Assembly (NCBI GenBank): GCA_951406725.2
Contig: OX597821.1
Location: 92,566,001 to 92,630,000 of the forward strand
From: Octopus vulgaris
Taxonomy: Eukaryota
Reading direction: 5' to 3'
Length of the DNA stretch: 64,000 nucleotides
Positions 41,238 through 55,007 of the stretch are shown piece by piece (positions within the stretch are counted from its first letter, which is position 1; each line of letters begins with the position of its first letter). The translations under genes and the position numbers were made by a program. A model generated the notes under the pieces. It was not told the origin of the DNA. It worked only from the letters and a program-made list of their open reading frames with translations, and did no database searches.

Positions 41238-41772
41238 GATGACCTTGTAGATTTCCAACATAAAGGATAAACCATTTTTAACAAATTTAGTATTGATATT
41301 TAGCAAATATCAATACTAAGAAACCAAAATAATTACATTGTTTCCTTGTGTTATATTTGTGGCAGAATGAGTTTAGAAAATAATGCATATCTTATGAAGC
41401 CTACTATAATTTAGAGAGCAGCAGAGGAAAATAATGGGAGTCACGGCATAGAAGTGGTGACATAGCTATTCATATGTGGTAGGTTTTATGCAGTATGTAG
41501 TCTACAACCCTTTAGAATTAAATCCATTGGGAATTGACAACTGATTTATCACCATCAACTAGAACACAGTTGTCAACTCCTAATGGATTTAATTGTAAAT
41601 TGTTGCAGACTACATGCTTCATAAAACCTCCTACATATAAATAGCTATCTCACCACTCCCGTATCTTGACTCCCACTATGTTTCCCCTGCTCCTCTCTAA
41701 ATTATAATAGGCTTAATAAGTTATGCCTTTTTTTTCTAAACTCATTCTACCACAACTATAACACAAGGAAAC

Positions 41773-42120
41773 TCTTTTACTTGTTTCAGTCATTTGACTG
41801 CGGCCATGCTGGAGCACCGCCTTTAGTCGAGCAACTCGACCCCGGGACTTATTCTTTTTGTAAGCCCAGTACTTATTCTATCGGTCTCTTTTTGCCGAAC
41901 CGCCAGCTGACGGGGACGCAAACACACCAGCATCGGTTGTCAAGCAATGCTAGGGGAACAAACACACACACACAAACACACACACATACATATATATATA
42001 TACATATATACGACAGGCTTATTTCAGTTTCCATCTACCAAATCCACTCACAAGGCATTGGTCAGCCCGGGGCTATAGCAGAAGACACTTGCCCAAGATG
42101 CCACGCAGTGGGACTGAACC
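41773..42120 (-). mobile_element. SINE family A, 5'-truncated, inserted in the inverted repeat arm
   Basis: Family A match; interrupts the arm sequence caaggaaac|caatg. Confidence 0.9.
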
Positions 42121-42203
42121 CAATGAAATTATTTTGGTTTCTAGTATTGATATAAATTTGTTAAAAATGGTTTATCCTTTACGTTAGAAATCTATATGGT
42201 CAT

Positions 42204-42290
42204 TTCTTCTGAAGAGGGCAGTTTCTTTCAAATTAATATAATGTATTTATTCATCAATTAAATGGAGCCACTCGAAACGGCTGTAGTATA
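42204..42290 (+). ncRNA. Type-I hammerhead motif (stem I decayed)
   Basis: CTGAAGA-GGGCAGTTTC..GGAGCCACTC-GAAAC-GGCT-GTA. Confidence 0.65.
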
Positions 42291-42319
42291 TTGATACCTG
42301 AACATCCTTGGTACTTATT

Positions 42320-42440
<121 letters not shown>

Positions 42441-42799
42441 TCTTTACATGATGTAACTGATTTGTTCGTCAATAAAAAAAAAAACAAGTCTGAAACATAT
42501 GTAATGACCCTCAGCCCATTTGTGTTATTATTTGTACTACATCACACTCAGAATCAGTGGAGCATGGACTGCATACTGGACTATAATCGTGTATAATTTT
42601 GTGTATACATTGTGTTCATTTGACCTATACTTGTGAACGTATGCATAACTGGCAGGACAAGTCTGTATTTTGCTTTAGTAAGTGAGTGTCCATGCACGTT
42701 AGTTTACACAGGTATGATATCTTCAACTCTACCTTGGTGCCTTTGTTATTATGATGCCAGGATACTACTGCATCTTGAAAATAATTATGTATCTCTATC

Positions 42800-43120
42800 T
42801 TTTATATGGCCATGCTGAAGCATCGCCTTGAAAAGTTTTTTTATTCTAACAGTACTTTTTAACTTCTTCTATTGGACATAAACAAACCAACACCAGTTTT
42901 CAAGTGGTGATAGGGGAGTGAACACATACAAAAACACGCACACATGGATATATACATATATATATGACAGACATCTTTCAGTTTCTGTCTACCAAATCCA
43001 CTCACCAGGCTTTGGTCAGCCCAAGGCTATAGTAGGGAACATTTGCCCAAGGTGTCACACAGTAGGTGTGAACCCAAAGTCATGTGGTTGGGAAGCAAGC
43101 TTCTTACCATACAGTCACGC
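42800..43120 (-). mobile_element. SINE family A, degenerate
   Basis: Diverged match. Confidence 0.7.
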
Positions 43121-43189
43121 ATCATATACACACGTACACACATATATCTATATATGTGTATATCCTTCATCTTATATATATATATATAT

Positions 43190-43461
43190 AACGTAAAGTG
43201 TACTAGCCATCTGAATGTGGCTAGCCACTCGGGGTGGGTGTTACTGAAGCTTATAGCCCCAGAAGATCATCGTCTCCAGCTTGCTTTAGAATATCAGAAG
43301 AGCACAGAAAGTGTGTCTAAAGCCAGCTGGAGACGATGATCTCCTGGGGCTATAAGCTTCAGTAACACCCACCCCCAGTGGCTAGCTACATTCAGATGGC
43401 TAGTACACTTTACGTTGTCGAGCGGTTAGTGTTTACATCTCGTTCGGAGATTTATTAATGC
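43190..43461 (+). mobile_element. Fold-back copy of the 63.2-63.6 kb repeat family
   Basis: 101-bp arms (43190-43290 / 43316-43416, 4 mismatches); aligns to 63480-63646; inserted in (TA)n. Confidence 0.85.
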
Positions 43462-43492
<31 letters not shown>

Positions 43493-43616
43493 CCTTTATC
43501 TACTTTTTTCCAGTCGTTAGACTGTAGTCAAATGATTTATCCACAGTTCTAATTTTTGCTTTTAAAGCTTGGTACTTGTCATGCAGTTGTGAGAGACAAA
43601 CATAGACATAAAGACA

Positions 43617-43664
<48 letters not shown>

Positions 43665-43844
43665 TGTCTAAATATCTATATGTCAGAAAAACAGGCACTC
43701 ATATGTTAGGTAACAGAGTGTGTACACTACTGTTATCACTATAATACTATATTCTCATCCCATGATAGTCAAATCTCCAATTGGTTTCATACCAGAAATT
43801 GAGAATATATCCAGCAATCGTCAGAAATAGCTGAGAAGAATAGT

Positions 43845-44330
43845 ATGCTACATGTCTCCTCCACAATTAGAGATTGACACTTCTTGAGGCAACCGTCTTC
43901 ATCCATGCACACCACATGACCACAGCAGCACAGTCTCCTCTCTTGCACACAACATCTGATGCCTCTTATACCCAGTTTTTCTCTCAAATCACTTACACTC
44001 TGTCGTACATGCACACTGACAATACCCATCCAGTGAAGCAAGGTGGTTTCATTTCTTTCAAGCCTTCGCATATCTTCAGTAGCCACAGTCTATCTCACAG
44101 CCATGTACAATAGATGTTCTCACACAAGGATCATACAATCTGCCTTTCACTCTGAGGGAGAGGCACATTGTTACTAACAAAACTCTCTGAACTGCACCCA
44201 GCCTGTTCCTATACTACACTTTCAGAACTGCCTCCTCCACTGCTAACTTGGTTGCCTAAGTAACAGAAACTATCTACTATTTCTAAGAATATCTCTTGAC
44301 ATTTGGGTTAGTCTGCTTTATGTACCTTCC
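43845..44330 (-). pseudogene. RTE LINE ORF C-terminal remnant
   Basis: EDMRRLERNE..LREKLGIRGIRCCVQERRLCCCGHVVCM. Confidence 0.8.
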
Positions 44331-45089
44331 TAGCGTTTATGTACCTTCATATCTGCCACTCACAGTGACTGCTTTTCCTGTTAAACTTCCTGTGATATCA
44401 CTCCCTGAGTTTCCATGATTAATACCTAATGACAGGTTAAAACAAGATCACCAGTAACCTTGTGAAACCACAGTGAAACCATAGTGTTGCTCTCCTTGTG
44501 AAACCATAGTGTTGCTCTCCTTAAAAAGGTTTGTGACAACAGTTAAGGGTTCCTCTCTCCCAGCGATTTTACTGCATGTCCTGACACAAACTAAGGACAC
44601 TTCTGCATTCCAACACTCAGATGGAATGTCATCACATTTGCTAGGTAACCCATTACTAGGACTCTGTCAGGTGCCACAACTCTGGCTCAGAGTGGGCTTT
44701 GGAACTCCCAAATGAGAGCTCCACTACCGGATACAGTTTGAAGTCATTACCCAGGACATGCATACATGCATAAATACAAACATGACTGAATGCATGTGAA
44801 CATACAAATTTGAAAGCATTTCAAGGAAAGAAAAAAAACTATGGAAGGCATGGAATATCATGTTACAATCACATCTTTGAGATTTGGGTTCATCAACCAT
44901 GATGATTCATGGTTGAGAAAAAGGTCAATAACAGTTTGGGAAAATGGACAATAAACAACGATGGTAGTCATGATGATGATGATGATGATGATAATGATGA
45001 TGATGATGCAGACGACGATGAAGAAGAGGAGGGGGATCAATATGAATGTACTGCTTATAATTTATAGTTTCTCAAGAATCCTCTTCACT

Positions 45090-45458
45090 TCAGTGTGTGT
45101 GCGTGTGTGTGGACATGTGTGAATGCATATGAATGTGTGTGTGCATGTCTATCTGTGTGTGTGTGTGAGAGCGAGAGAGAGAGTAGATGTGTGAGCTTGC
45201 GTATATGTGTGTGTATTGTAGTCAATCTCTCTAGAAAAAGCTATGTGCACATATATCTAATAGATTTCATATATGTGAAAGTATGTGTGATCACACATAC
45301 TCACACATGCACACAGATATGTATATGTACATAGATTTTCTTATGTACAACATATCCATATTATGTACATAGGTGTGTGTGTGTGTATCAGTACACATTC
45401 CTGCATAGATAAATGCACATAACATGAAAATCATAAATAATATATAATTACATTCATA

Positions 45459-45550
<92 letters not shown>

Positions 45551-45556
45551 ATATAT

Positions 45557-45617
<61 letters not shown>

Positions 45618-45815
45618 TACATACATATACATTTATATAGAGAGAGATACATATGGATGTCTGTATGTATATGTAGGCATGTATATCTATATATAAATGT
45701 ATATATATGTATAATATATATATATAAATATATATGTATATATATACATATATATACATATATATGTACATACATATGTATATATATATGTATATATATA
45801 TACAGATATAGATAC

Positions 45816-45866
<51 letters not shown>

Positions 45867-46164
45867 TAAATACCTAATATATGCATACATAAACACATAC
45901 ACATATTACATACTTAGTCATGCACATCTTCTAACATTTAAATACACGGTTATATGCTTATCAATATACACATGAATACACATCTCACACATATCTACCC
46001 TCACGGATATATGAAGAATCATATGAATAGATGTTTAATATATATTTATATATGTAAGTTTATGCGTATGTGAGTGCGTGTTCATATGCGTGCATGTATG
46101 TATGTATGTATGTATGTAAGTATGTATGTATGTATATGTGTGTATTTATATATGTATACATACA

Positions 46165-46232
<68 letters not shown>

Positions 46233-46465
46233 GAGATAGAGTGGGGGAGGGAGGGAGTGAGAGGAAGGAAAATAGATAACAGACTTTTAGATATATAAAT
46301 GTACAAAGGTAGATAGATATACAAATTCAAACGAGATTTCATATATATGTATATATATCCATCTATCTATATTTATATATATTTATACACACATACATAC
46401 ATTGAAAATTATTAATGTATATGCACATGCAAACACACAACGCACACACTTATACATACATCATG

Positions 46466-46547
<82 letters not shown>

Positions 46548-46625
46548 TGTATATATATATATACACACACATACATACATACATCATGCATACATTCATC
46601 CTACATACATAACATATATATATAC
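45090..46625. repeat. Compound (TA)n/(TG)n microsatellite field
   Basis: Seen directly. Confidence 0.95.
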
Positions 46626-47724
46626 TTATGAATAATTACATCTAGTAGTGGTGAGAGAGTGAAGAAATGGTAAAGTATCACCATTTAATTGGTGTACATT
46701 TAATTAAACTGTCGTACGTAAGACAAATTATCCAATGTCTGTGAGATGGTTATATATGAAAATTAAAAATTTCCAATACAGCTCTTCAAAAGCAGGCAAA
46801 AGTCTGAAAGCGATATCACTGCTTCATTGCTTATGCAATAAATGGCTTGCAAGAATTACTTTGAAAGATTCTAATCTGATAAATAATATGATTGGCAATA
46901 TCTATGAATATGAAAAAGCAAAAAGGAAAATGTAATTCTTAACTATCGCTGCAAAGAATGTAAAAGCATAAAATAGATAAAACAGCTAAAAACTATTTCA
47001 AGTTGCTAACCAATGAGAAACGCTTCTGTATAACTTAGTTGGTCAGTCATTCTGTTGTCAAAGCATTTATATCATTATATGACATTTGGCTGGCAGAGAT
47101 TGTTGACTCCTCTCACTTGCTGTAGTTATTTCCCCCCCCCACCTCTATTCCAGCAAAGAGAAAAAGAAAGAAAAAAAAGAAACCTTGTTTTACTTATTTA
47201 GTTCACTTTTTTTTATTTTTTTTTTTCACTGTATGAGACCTCACAGCACTTATAGAAATGCTTGGTCAGGATTAAAAGATATTATTGCTAGAAAATATAT
47301 CTGAAGAAATCACTGGTGCAATGAAGGAATCTCTATGTTGTCACTCAATCTGCTTGAAATAGCAGCCAAATTTCCCTCAAATTGCATTAAACCATGTTTA
47401 AAAATCAAAGGACATTGTGGATAATGTATTCCTAAAAGGGTAATTAAGATTGGAATGCCTTTTATAAAATGTCTGCTTGATCAGACCTAAACTATGTCTA
47501 CACACCAATAACAGGTAAAATTATGTGATGCAATGGTGCTAATTGCATGACAGGAAAAATAGGCAAAGGGTTAAAGCCCTGACTCATTCAGCTTTGAATC
47601 ATTAAATTAAAATGATTGTGTTTAGCTTTATAACTATTTTTTTTTTTTTCACTTGTTTCAGTCATTTTGACTGCGGCCATGCTGGAGCACCGCCTTTAAA
47701 AAAACAACTACTTACATGTTGAAA

Positions 47725-47960
47725 GTTATTGATAATTACTTACATTTGACATATTTGTCCTCATCTTGTTTGTTGTTAACACGTTTCGGCTTATATACCC
47801 TCCAGCCTTCATCAGGTGTCTTGGGGGAAATTTCAAACCTGAGTTCTCATTCCTAAAGTATTTTTCGATATTATTTTTATTATTCAGGTCGCTGCCTGGA
47901 ATCGAACTCGGAATCTTGGGGTTAGTAGCCCACACTCTTAACCACTACGCCGTATAACCG
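47725..47960 (-). mobile_element. Short element: tRNA-like Pol III head + hammerhead-like motif
   Basis: A box cggcgtagtggt (47941-47952), B box gagttcgattcc (47898-47909); gacac-CTGATGA-A-GGCT..AGCC-GAAAC-gtgtt at 47778-47820. Confidence 0.7.
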
Positions 47961-48164
47961 GCTTTCATATTTTTCATCTTTACAAGAATATATTGATGCA
48001 AGCCTGGTAACGTGGTTCGGAAGTATGCTTCACAATCGCATATTTCCAGTTTCGATTCTGCTTGGTAACACTTTGAACAAGTCTCTCCTACCATGACCCT
48101 GGGAAGATCATTATGCAATAAATGAATTTTCATATGAAAAATTTGTGGTAACTCACTTTTTACG

Positions 48165-48360
48165 CACAGTCACTGTTGTTTATGGTACCTCTTTCGGACA
48201 TGCCATCAGTTACACAGGGAGCTGATGATGCAAAAATAGCACAAGTAGTGAAGGAACCTTTCAATGCTAATCTTCTACAGAAAGACCTAGATGCCATATA
48301 CGAATGGGCTGAAGAAAACAACATGCAATTAATGCAGGAAAATTTCAACCTCCTGTTCAC
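48165..48360 (+). pseudogene. CR1/L2-type RT fragment
   Basis: GADDAKI..LLQKDLDAIYEWAEENNMQL. Confidence 0.75.
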
Positions 48361-49338
48361 ATTATCCTCTCAAATTTTCTAGACCTGCTAAAAATAACAA
48401 TCCAAGCACTCTCAGACTCCATTCTCTTTATCTTACAGAAAAATATTAGAAAACCAAATTGATATGCATAGTTCTAAATACACTGATTTAAGAAAACAAT
48501 TGGATGATCAAAACTGGAACATCTCTGCTCTTTGGTTTGCTCAATCAATGCTGACCTGGAGCGAAGAACAGCATCTTTCATTCTTCATATATCCTGCACA
48601 GACACACATGAACATATGTACACACACACACACACACTGACAAAGAACCAAAGAACATACAGATGATGCACAGATTCCTTTACAAGATGTGTCAAAAGCA
48701 GTCTTGAATTAATCTTTAAAGGTCTTTGATACTCTGTGACATTCACCTGTATGTTTCTTTCTTCAAAGATTGAAAGAAAACATTGTCCACAAAGCAAGTG
48801 TTACTCAACAACAGAAAACTGTGTTGTGTGCATGTGTGTAACTCGTGTACTTCACGTCTGCTTAAATAACCAAATGGAATTTCTATTAAACGATTTAATA
48901 AGAACAGTTTGTATTCTCCAGTGATGTATCTGGTTAGCATAGGAAATGGACATGATAAGTTTACCTTCTCTTCTTCCTTTAGAATAGGTATTATGAAACA
49001 AAAGCTTTCTTAGACTAATCAGATGCATCATTAGAGAATACAAACTGCTCAACGTTAAATTGGTTAATAGACTTCCAGTCTTTGTTTGTCACAATATGCA
49101 TGTATAAGTAATGTGTAAACATAATGGATTACAATGATATTTTGTAGAGAATTACTGAGTGTTTAAATTATTAGATTTCTGCATATAGATAAGTTACATA
49201 TTATATGCTGAAGCTTATACACAGACAAACTGCCGTTTATATATAGAGAAGATATACGTGTGTGCGTGTATATATGTGTGTGTCTGTGTGTATATATGTA
49301 TGTATGTACATGCATATATGTAAGTACATACATTCTGT

Positions 49339-49552
49339 GAGCTGGCAGAAACGTTAGCACATCGGGCGAGATGCTTAGCGGTATTTCGTCTGCCGTTACA
49401 TTCTGAGTTCAAATTCCGTTGAGGTCGACTTTGCCTTTCATCCTTTCGGGCTTGATAAATTAAGTACCAGTTATGCAGTGTGGTCGATGTAATCGACTTA
49501 ATACTTTTGTCTGTCACCTCTATGTTTAACCCTTTGTGAGTAATAAAGAAAT
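49339..49552 (+). mobile_element. SINE family B
   Basis: Family match. Confidence 0.85.
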
Positions 49553-49579
49553 ATATATATATATATATATGTATGTATA

Positions 49580-49618
<39 letters not shown>

Positions 49619-50065
49619 GTAATGTGGGTGTATTGTGTTTAATAACAAGCAATATTGAAAATAAAGTACACCAGTAAAGCAAAATAGAACTCTGTTTATA
49701 TAAAACAGTATACTTGCATACATACACATGCACACATGCACACACATACACATTCACACATACTTTGCATTCAGCTCACACATCCTTGTTCGTGTTTTTT
49801 TACATAACTCTTACTCCATTTCACATCCAAACATTTCCATCCAGAGACCACCAGATATCTCCACACAATGTTCATACAGCAATTACCTTGTAACTACATA
49901 ACATGCACTCTAAAACACTTGCACTTGCAACTCACGTTACTGCAAACCCCTCTGCACCAAAACAGACATAATACCCAACACACAACATAAACCACCACAT
50001 GCAACAACACATCACTGCAACATCCTTAGAACAAGCCTAGAACAATCACTACTATAAGATAGCTG

Positions 50066-50448
50066 GGAAGCACTCCGTCGATTACGACGATGAGGGTTCC
50101 GGTTGATCCGAATCAACGGAACAGCCTGCTCGTGAAATTAACGTGTAAGTGGCTGAGCACTCCACAAACACGTGCACCCTTAACGTAGTTCTCGGGGATA
50201 TTCAGCGTGACACAGAGAGTGACAAGGCTGGCCTCTTGAAATACAGGTACAACAGAAACAGGAAGTAAGTGTGAGAGAAAGTTGTGGTGAAAGAGTACAG
50301 CAGGGATCACCACCATCCCCTGCCGGAGCCTTGTGGAGCTTTTAGGTGTTTTCGCTCAATAAACACTCACAACGCCTGGTCTGGGAATCGAAACCGCAAT
50401 CCTATGACCATGAGTCTGCTGCCCTAACCACTGGGCCATTGCGCCTCC
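50066..50448 (-). mobile_element. SINE family C, full length
   Basis: TSD actataagatagc (50051-50063 / 50449-50461). Confidence 0.9.
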
Positions 50449-50742
50449 ACTATAAGATAGCATGTACTACATAAATCCAGAAACATTACACAGCAACAAA
50501 CAAATACCATGTTGTGTTGTGTCTGGGGAGAGACATTTTCTTTTTGCGCCTTGATTTAACACGCTCACCAGTAAAATTTCCACTTATTTCTTATTTTCAT
50601 TTTCCTAAAATTTTCATCGCATCTTGCAACCTTTTCAATATTTTTGACCAAATCCAAAAACGAAAAGCAAATGCCAGTTCTACCAACCCAAAACTTGCAC
50701 AACCAATACCAGAGAGAAAAAAAATATTATTTTTGCTCCATA

Positions 50743-51148
50743 GGCGCAGGAGTGGCTGTGTGGTAAGTAGCTTGCTTACCAACCACATGGTTCCGGGTTC
50801 GGTCCCACTGCATGGCATGTTGGGCAAGTGTCTTCTACTATAGCCTCAGGCCGACCAAAGCCTTGTGAGTGAATTTGGTAGACGGAAATTGAAAGAAGCC
50901 TGTCGTATATATGTATATATATATATGTATGTGTATGTTTGTGTATCTGTGTTTGTCCCCCTGGCATTGCTTGACAACCGGTGCTGGTGTGTTTACATCG
51001 CCGTCACCTAGCGGTTCAGCAAAAGAGACCGATAGAATAAGTACTGGGCTTACAAAGAATAAGTCCTGGGGTCGATTTGCTCAACTAAAGGTGGTGCTCC
51101 AGCATGGCCGCAGTCAAATGACTGAAACAAGTAAAAGAGTAAAAGAGT
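50743..51148 (+). mobile_element. SINE family A, full length
   Basis: Family match. Confidence 0.9.
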
Positions 51149-51512
51149 GTGATGATGTACTTGTTACTATGGAATTGATACTGTTACTCTTTGTGATGGA
51201 CCGATGTCCCTTCCATGTGGGGAACCTATATGCCAATGAAACTAGGAAACTGGCCCTTATGAGCCAGGAATGGCTCAAGAAGGAACAAACACACACAACT
51301 GTTATTCATGTTAAATACTAATACTTATTGCAGTGTTGGTTTTATATTCACTGCATTGTTATTGGTGTTATAGATACTACAGTGTTAGTATTATAATTGT
51401 GTGGCTTAGTAGTCAATATATCCAGCTCACAATTATAAGGTTGTTTCTTTGTTGCTGTTCGCCTTTTTTGTGAGCAAATTTAACTAGCCCCTTCATGATA
51501 TCTACACTTCAA

Positions 51513-51813
51513 CCCTTTAGCATTCAGGTTATCCTGTTTCGAACTAATCACGTATTATCTCATGGGTTTGAGATTTCATTCAGGTATATTTGTTGGGTAG
51601 GTGTTAGGGACTAGATCTGGTCAGTTTGAGCATAATACAGGTTATATTTCGAACTAATCATGGTTTATCTCATGGGTTTGAGATTTCAATGATATGATTG
51701 TATATTTTTAGAATGAGATTGTTGGGTAGGTGTTAGGGACTAGATCTGGTCAGTTTGAGCATAATACAGGTAGAATATTTCGGCCAGATATGGCTGGTTT
51801 AGATGCTAAAGGG
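51513..51813. mobile_element. piggyBac-type MITE
   Basis: TIR ccctttagcat / atgctaaaggg; TTAA on the right (tcaa on the left); internal duplication. Confidence 0.6.
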
Positions 51814-52155
51814 TTAAGCCTATTGCTACATGAATCATCACAATATCTTTACATAGTACTTGTAGCATTTAGCACTTTATTATTGCTACACGGCAGCATT
51901 CATAATAACATGACTTGCTAAGAGCTAAAAATTTATGCATATTTCTTTCATAGTATGCATCAGAAGTTAGCTGTTTCTATGTATTCTCTCATTGAATGGA
52001 ACTTATGCTGTAGTCTGAAATGATTCATAATTTGTTCACATAAATTACAATTCATGATTTATATCAATATTTGATGAGCACTCTTCATGAATGGAAAGTA
52101 CCTTGCTAAGACCAGTTATAATGTGCCCCATGCGATACATATGTATTTTATTATG

Positions 52156-52192
<37 letters not shown>

Positions 52193-52340
52193 CAAATTAC
52201 AATGAATGTAAACAAACACATGAAGTTTGCTTTAGAAGCATTGAGATGTCTTAGAAAGTTAAAGAAGTGATTTTAAATTCTCTAATGCAGGATAATGCTA
52301 ATATAACCTGAACAGGATAAGCTACCCCTATTTTGCAAAT

Positions 52341-52658
52341 CATCATCATCATCATCATCGTTTAACGTCCGTTCTCCATGCTAGCATGGGTTGGACGGTT
52401 CGACCAGGGATCTGGGAAGCCAGAAGGCTGCACCAGGCTCCGGTCTGATCTGGCAATGTTTCTACAGCTGGATGCCCTTCCTAACGCCAACCACTCCGTG
52501 AGTGTAGTGGGTGCTTTTTACGTGCCACCTGCACTGGTGCCAGGCGAGGCTGGCATCGGCCACGGTCGGATTGGTGCATTTTACGTGCCACCTGCACGGA
52601 AGCCAGTCGAGGCGGCACTGGCTTCGGCCACGATTCGGATGGTGCTTTTTACGTGCCA
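52341..52658 (-). mobile_element. RTE 3' UTR fragment flanked by a 150-bp direct duplication
   Basis: Duplicates at 52191-52340 and 52659-52808. Confidence 0.85.
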
Positions 52659-52920
52659 TTCAAATTACAATGAATGTAAACAAACACATGAAGTTTGCTT
52701 TAGAAGCGTTGAGATGTTTTAGAAAGTTAAAGAAGTGATTTTAAATTCTCAAACGCAGGATAATGCTAATATAACCTGAACAGAATAAGCTACCCCTATT
52801 TTGCAAATATATATATATATATTTGGTGGCATGAACTAGATATGTAGTGCTCAATGCATAAGAAACTCTACATACGTCACTCATGGGTCAAAAGTTCTAT
52901 GCATTGCACATTTTATAATG

Positions 52921-53455
52921 CATTTAACATCCGTTGTCCATGCTGGCATGGGTTGGATGTTTTGACCAGGGCTGGCAAGCTTGAAGGCTGCACCAGACTC
53001 CAGTCTGATTTGACATGGTTTTCTATGGCTGGATGGACTTTCTAACACCAACCACTCCGGGAGTGTAGTGGGTGCCTTTTACGTGCCACTGGCACAGGTG
53101 CCATTTGTGTAACAATGGTATCTGCCATAACTGTGATTTTGCTTGGCTTGATGGGTCTTCTTCTGAAGCATGACATAATGATAAAGGTCTCAGTCATTGC
53201 CTCCAGCTTGATGGGTCTTCTCAAGCACAGTATATTGCCAAAAGTCTCAGTCACTAGTCATTGCCTCTGTGAGGCCCAAAGTTCGACAGTCATGCTTCAT
53301 CACCTCATGCCATATCTTCCTGGGTCTACCTCTACCACAGCTTCCCTCCACAGTTAGAGATTGATAGTGCTTTACACTACTGTACTCACCTATACACATC
53401 ACATGACCATACCAGCACAGTCATCTCTCTTGCACACCACATCTGATGCCTCTTA
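52921..53455 (-). mobile_element. RTE LINE 3' end (ORF C-terminus + 3' UTR), decayed
   Basis: Links the GRPRK-type C-terminus to the UTR family. Confidence 0.75.
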
Positions 53456-53559
53456 TACTCTTACTCTCTTTTACTCTTTTACTTGTTTCAGTTATTTGAC
53501 TGCAGCCATGCTGGAGCACCACCTTTAGTCGAGCAAATCGACCTCAGGGCTTATTCTTT

Positions 53560-54030
53560 GTCTTTTGTCATTGCCTCTGTGAGGCCCAACGTTCGAAGGT
53601 CATGCTTCACCACCTCATCCCATGTCTTCCTGGGTCTCCCTCTTCCACAGGTTCCTTCCACTGTTAGTGAGTGACACTTCTTCACACATCTCTCCTCATC
53701 CATACACAGCAAATGACCATGCCAGCACACTTTTCTCTCTTGCATACCACATCTGATGTTTCTTGTATCCAGTATTTCTCTCAGGGTGCTCACACTCTGT
53801 TGTGTGTGCACACTGACAATACACATCAAGTGGATCATACTAGCTTCATTTCTTTCAAGCTTACACATGTCTTCAACAGTCATGGCCCGTGTTTCACTGC
53901 TGTGTAGCATGGCAGTTCATACACAAGCATCATACAATCTACCTTTCACCCTGAGTGAGAAGCCCTTTGTCGCACAGTAGAGGTAGGATCTTTCTGAACT
54001 TTGCCCAGGCTATTCTTTTTCTAGTGGCTA
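53560..54030 (-). pseudogene. RTE LINE ORF C-terminal remnant
   Basis: MLHSSET..KLERNEASM..WHGHLLCMDEERCVKK..GRGRPRKTWDEVVKHD. Confidence 0.85.
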
Positions 54031-54057
54031 TGGTCTACAAGCAATATTTATATATAT

Positions 54058-54247
54058 ATCATCATCATCATCATCATCGTTTAACATCCGTTTTCCATGC
54101 TAGCATGGGTTGGACGGTTCAACTGGGGTCTGGGAAGCCAGAAGGCTGCGCCAGGCCCAGTCTGATCTGGCAGTGTTTCTACAGCTGGATGCCCTTCCTA
54201 ATGCCAACCACTCCGTGAGTGTAGTGGGTGCTTTTTATGTGCCACCT
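54058..54247 (-). mobile_element. RTE 3' UTR fragment
   Basis: (ATC)n tail plus family match. Confidence 0.8.
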
Positions 54248-54260
54248 CCACATATATATT

Positions 54261-54780
54261 GTGGAATTGGATCTCAAAGTATGTATAAAACTAAATATCA
54301 GGTTAATAATCCCTTTTGGACAGAAGTTCACGGCTGCTCTTAAAACATGAATTCACATCTTTCACAGATATGACAAGCATTCTACTATTGGACCAAAACA
54401 ATCCTTTGAATTTTTCTATCTGTTTTAGAAACTTCATTCTTACCAGCAAGAGAATGTAGAATAAATCGTTAATGGAATTGAATCTCAAACTATCTATAAA
54501 GTTATAAATAATAACATGTAAATATTGGGTTAAAAAACCGTTTTGGTTAGAAAATTCGAAAGCTACCTGTGGGATTTGAACCTACATCTCCTATAGACAT
54601 GGCAGGCGTCCTACCATTGAACCAAAGCAATCTTTTGAAATTATCCATTTTAGAACTTTTTTTTTTTTACTAGCGAGAATTGTGTGTTGATGGTATCATA
54701 AGAATTTATAAATCTTCAGGAGAATGTGAGATAACTGTTTTTTGAATTGGATCTTGAATTCAAATAAAGTTATAAATAGT
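54261..54780 (-). repeat. Diverged tandem repeat containing a tRNA-like segment
   Basis: Units begin gaattg(g/a)atct at ~54264, ~54475 and ~54744; A box tggttcaatgg and B box ggttcaaatcc at 54562-54630. Confidence 0.6.
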
Positions 54781-54967
54781 AGCAGTAGTACTGCAAGATC
54801 TAATTCCCGAAAAGAAAGAATTATGCAATTTTCTCTCAAAAGTTTATTAATTCTTTTGTTGTCAACACACATGTGTGCACACGTGGGTGCATACAAATGT
54901 GCACATACAAATATGCATACATACATACATACATACATACAAACATACATACATACAAACATATACA

Positions 54968-55007
<40 letters not shown>

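Noticed and set aside
47888-47960. Functional tRNA gene (also 54562-54630 and the SINE heads)
   Set aside because: A and B boxes are present, but acceptor stems are poor and the sequences are embedded in repeats.
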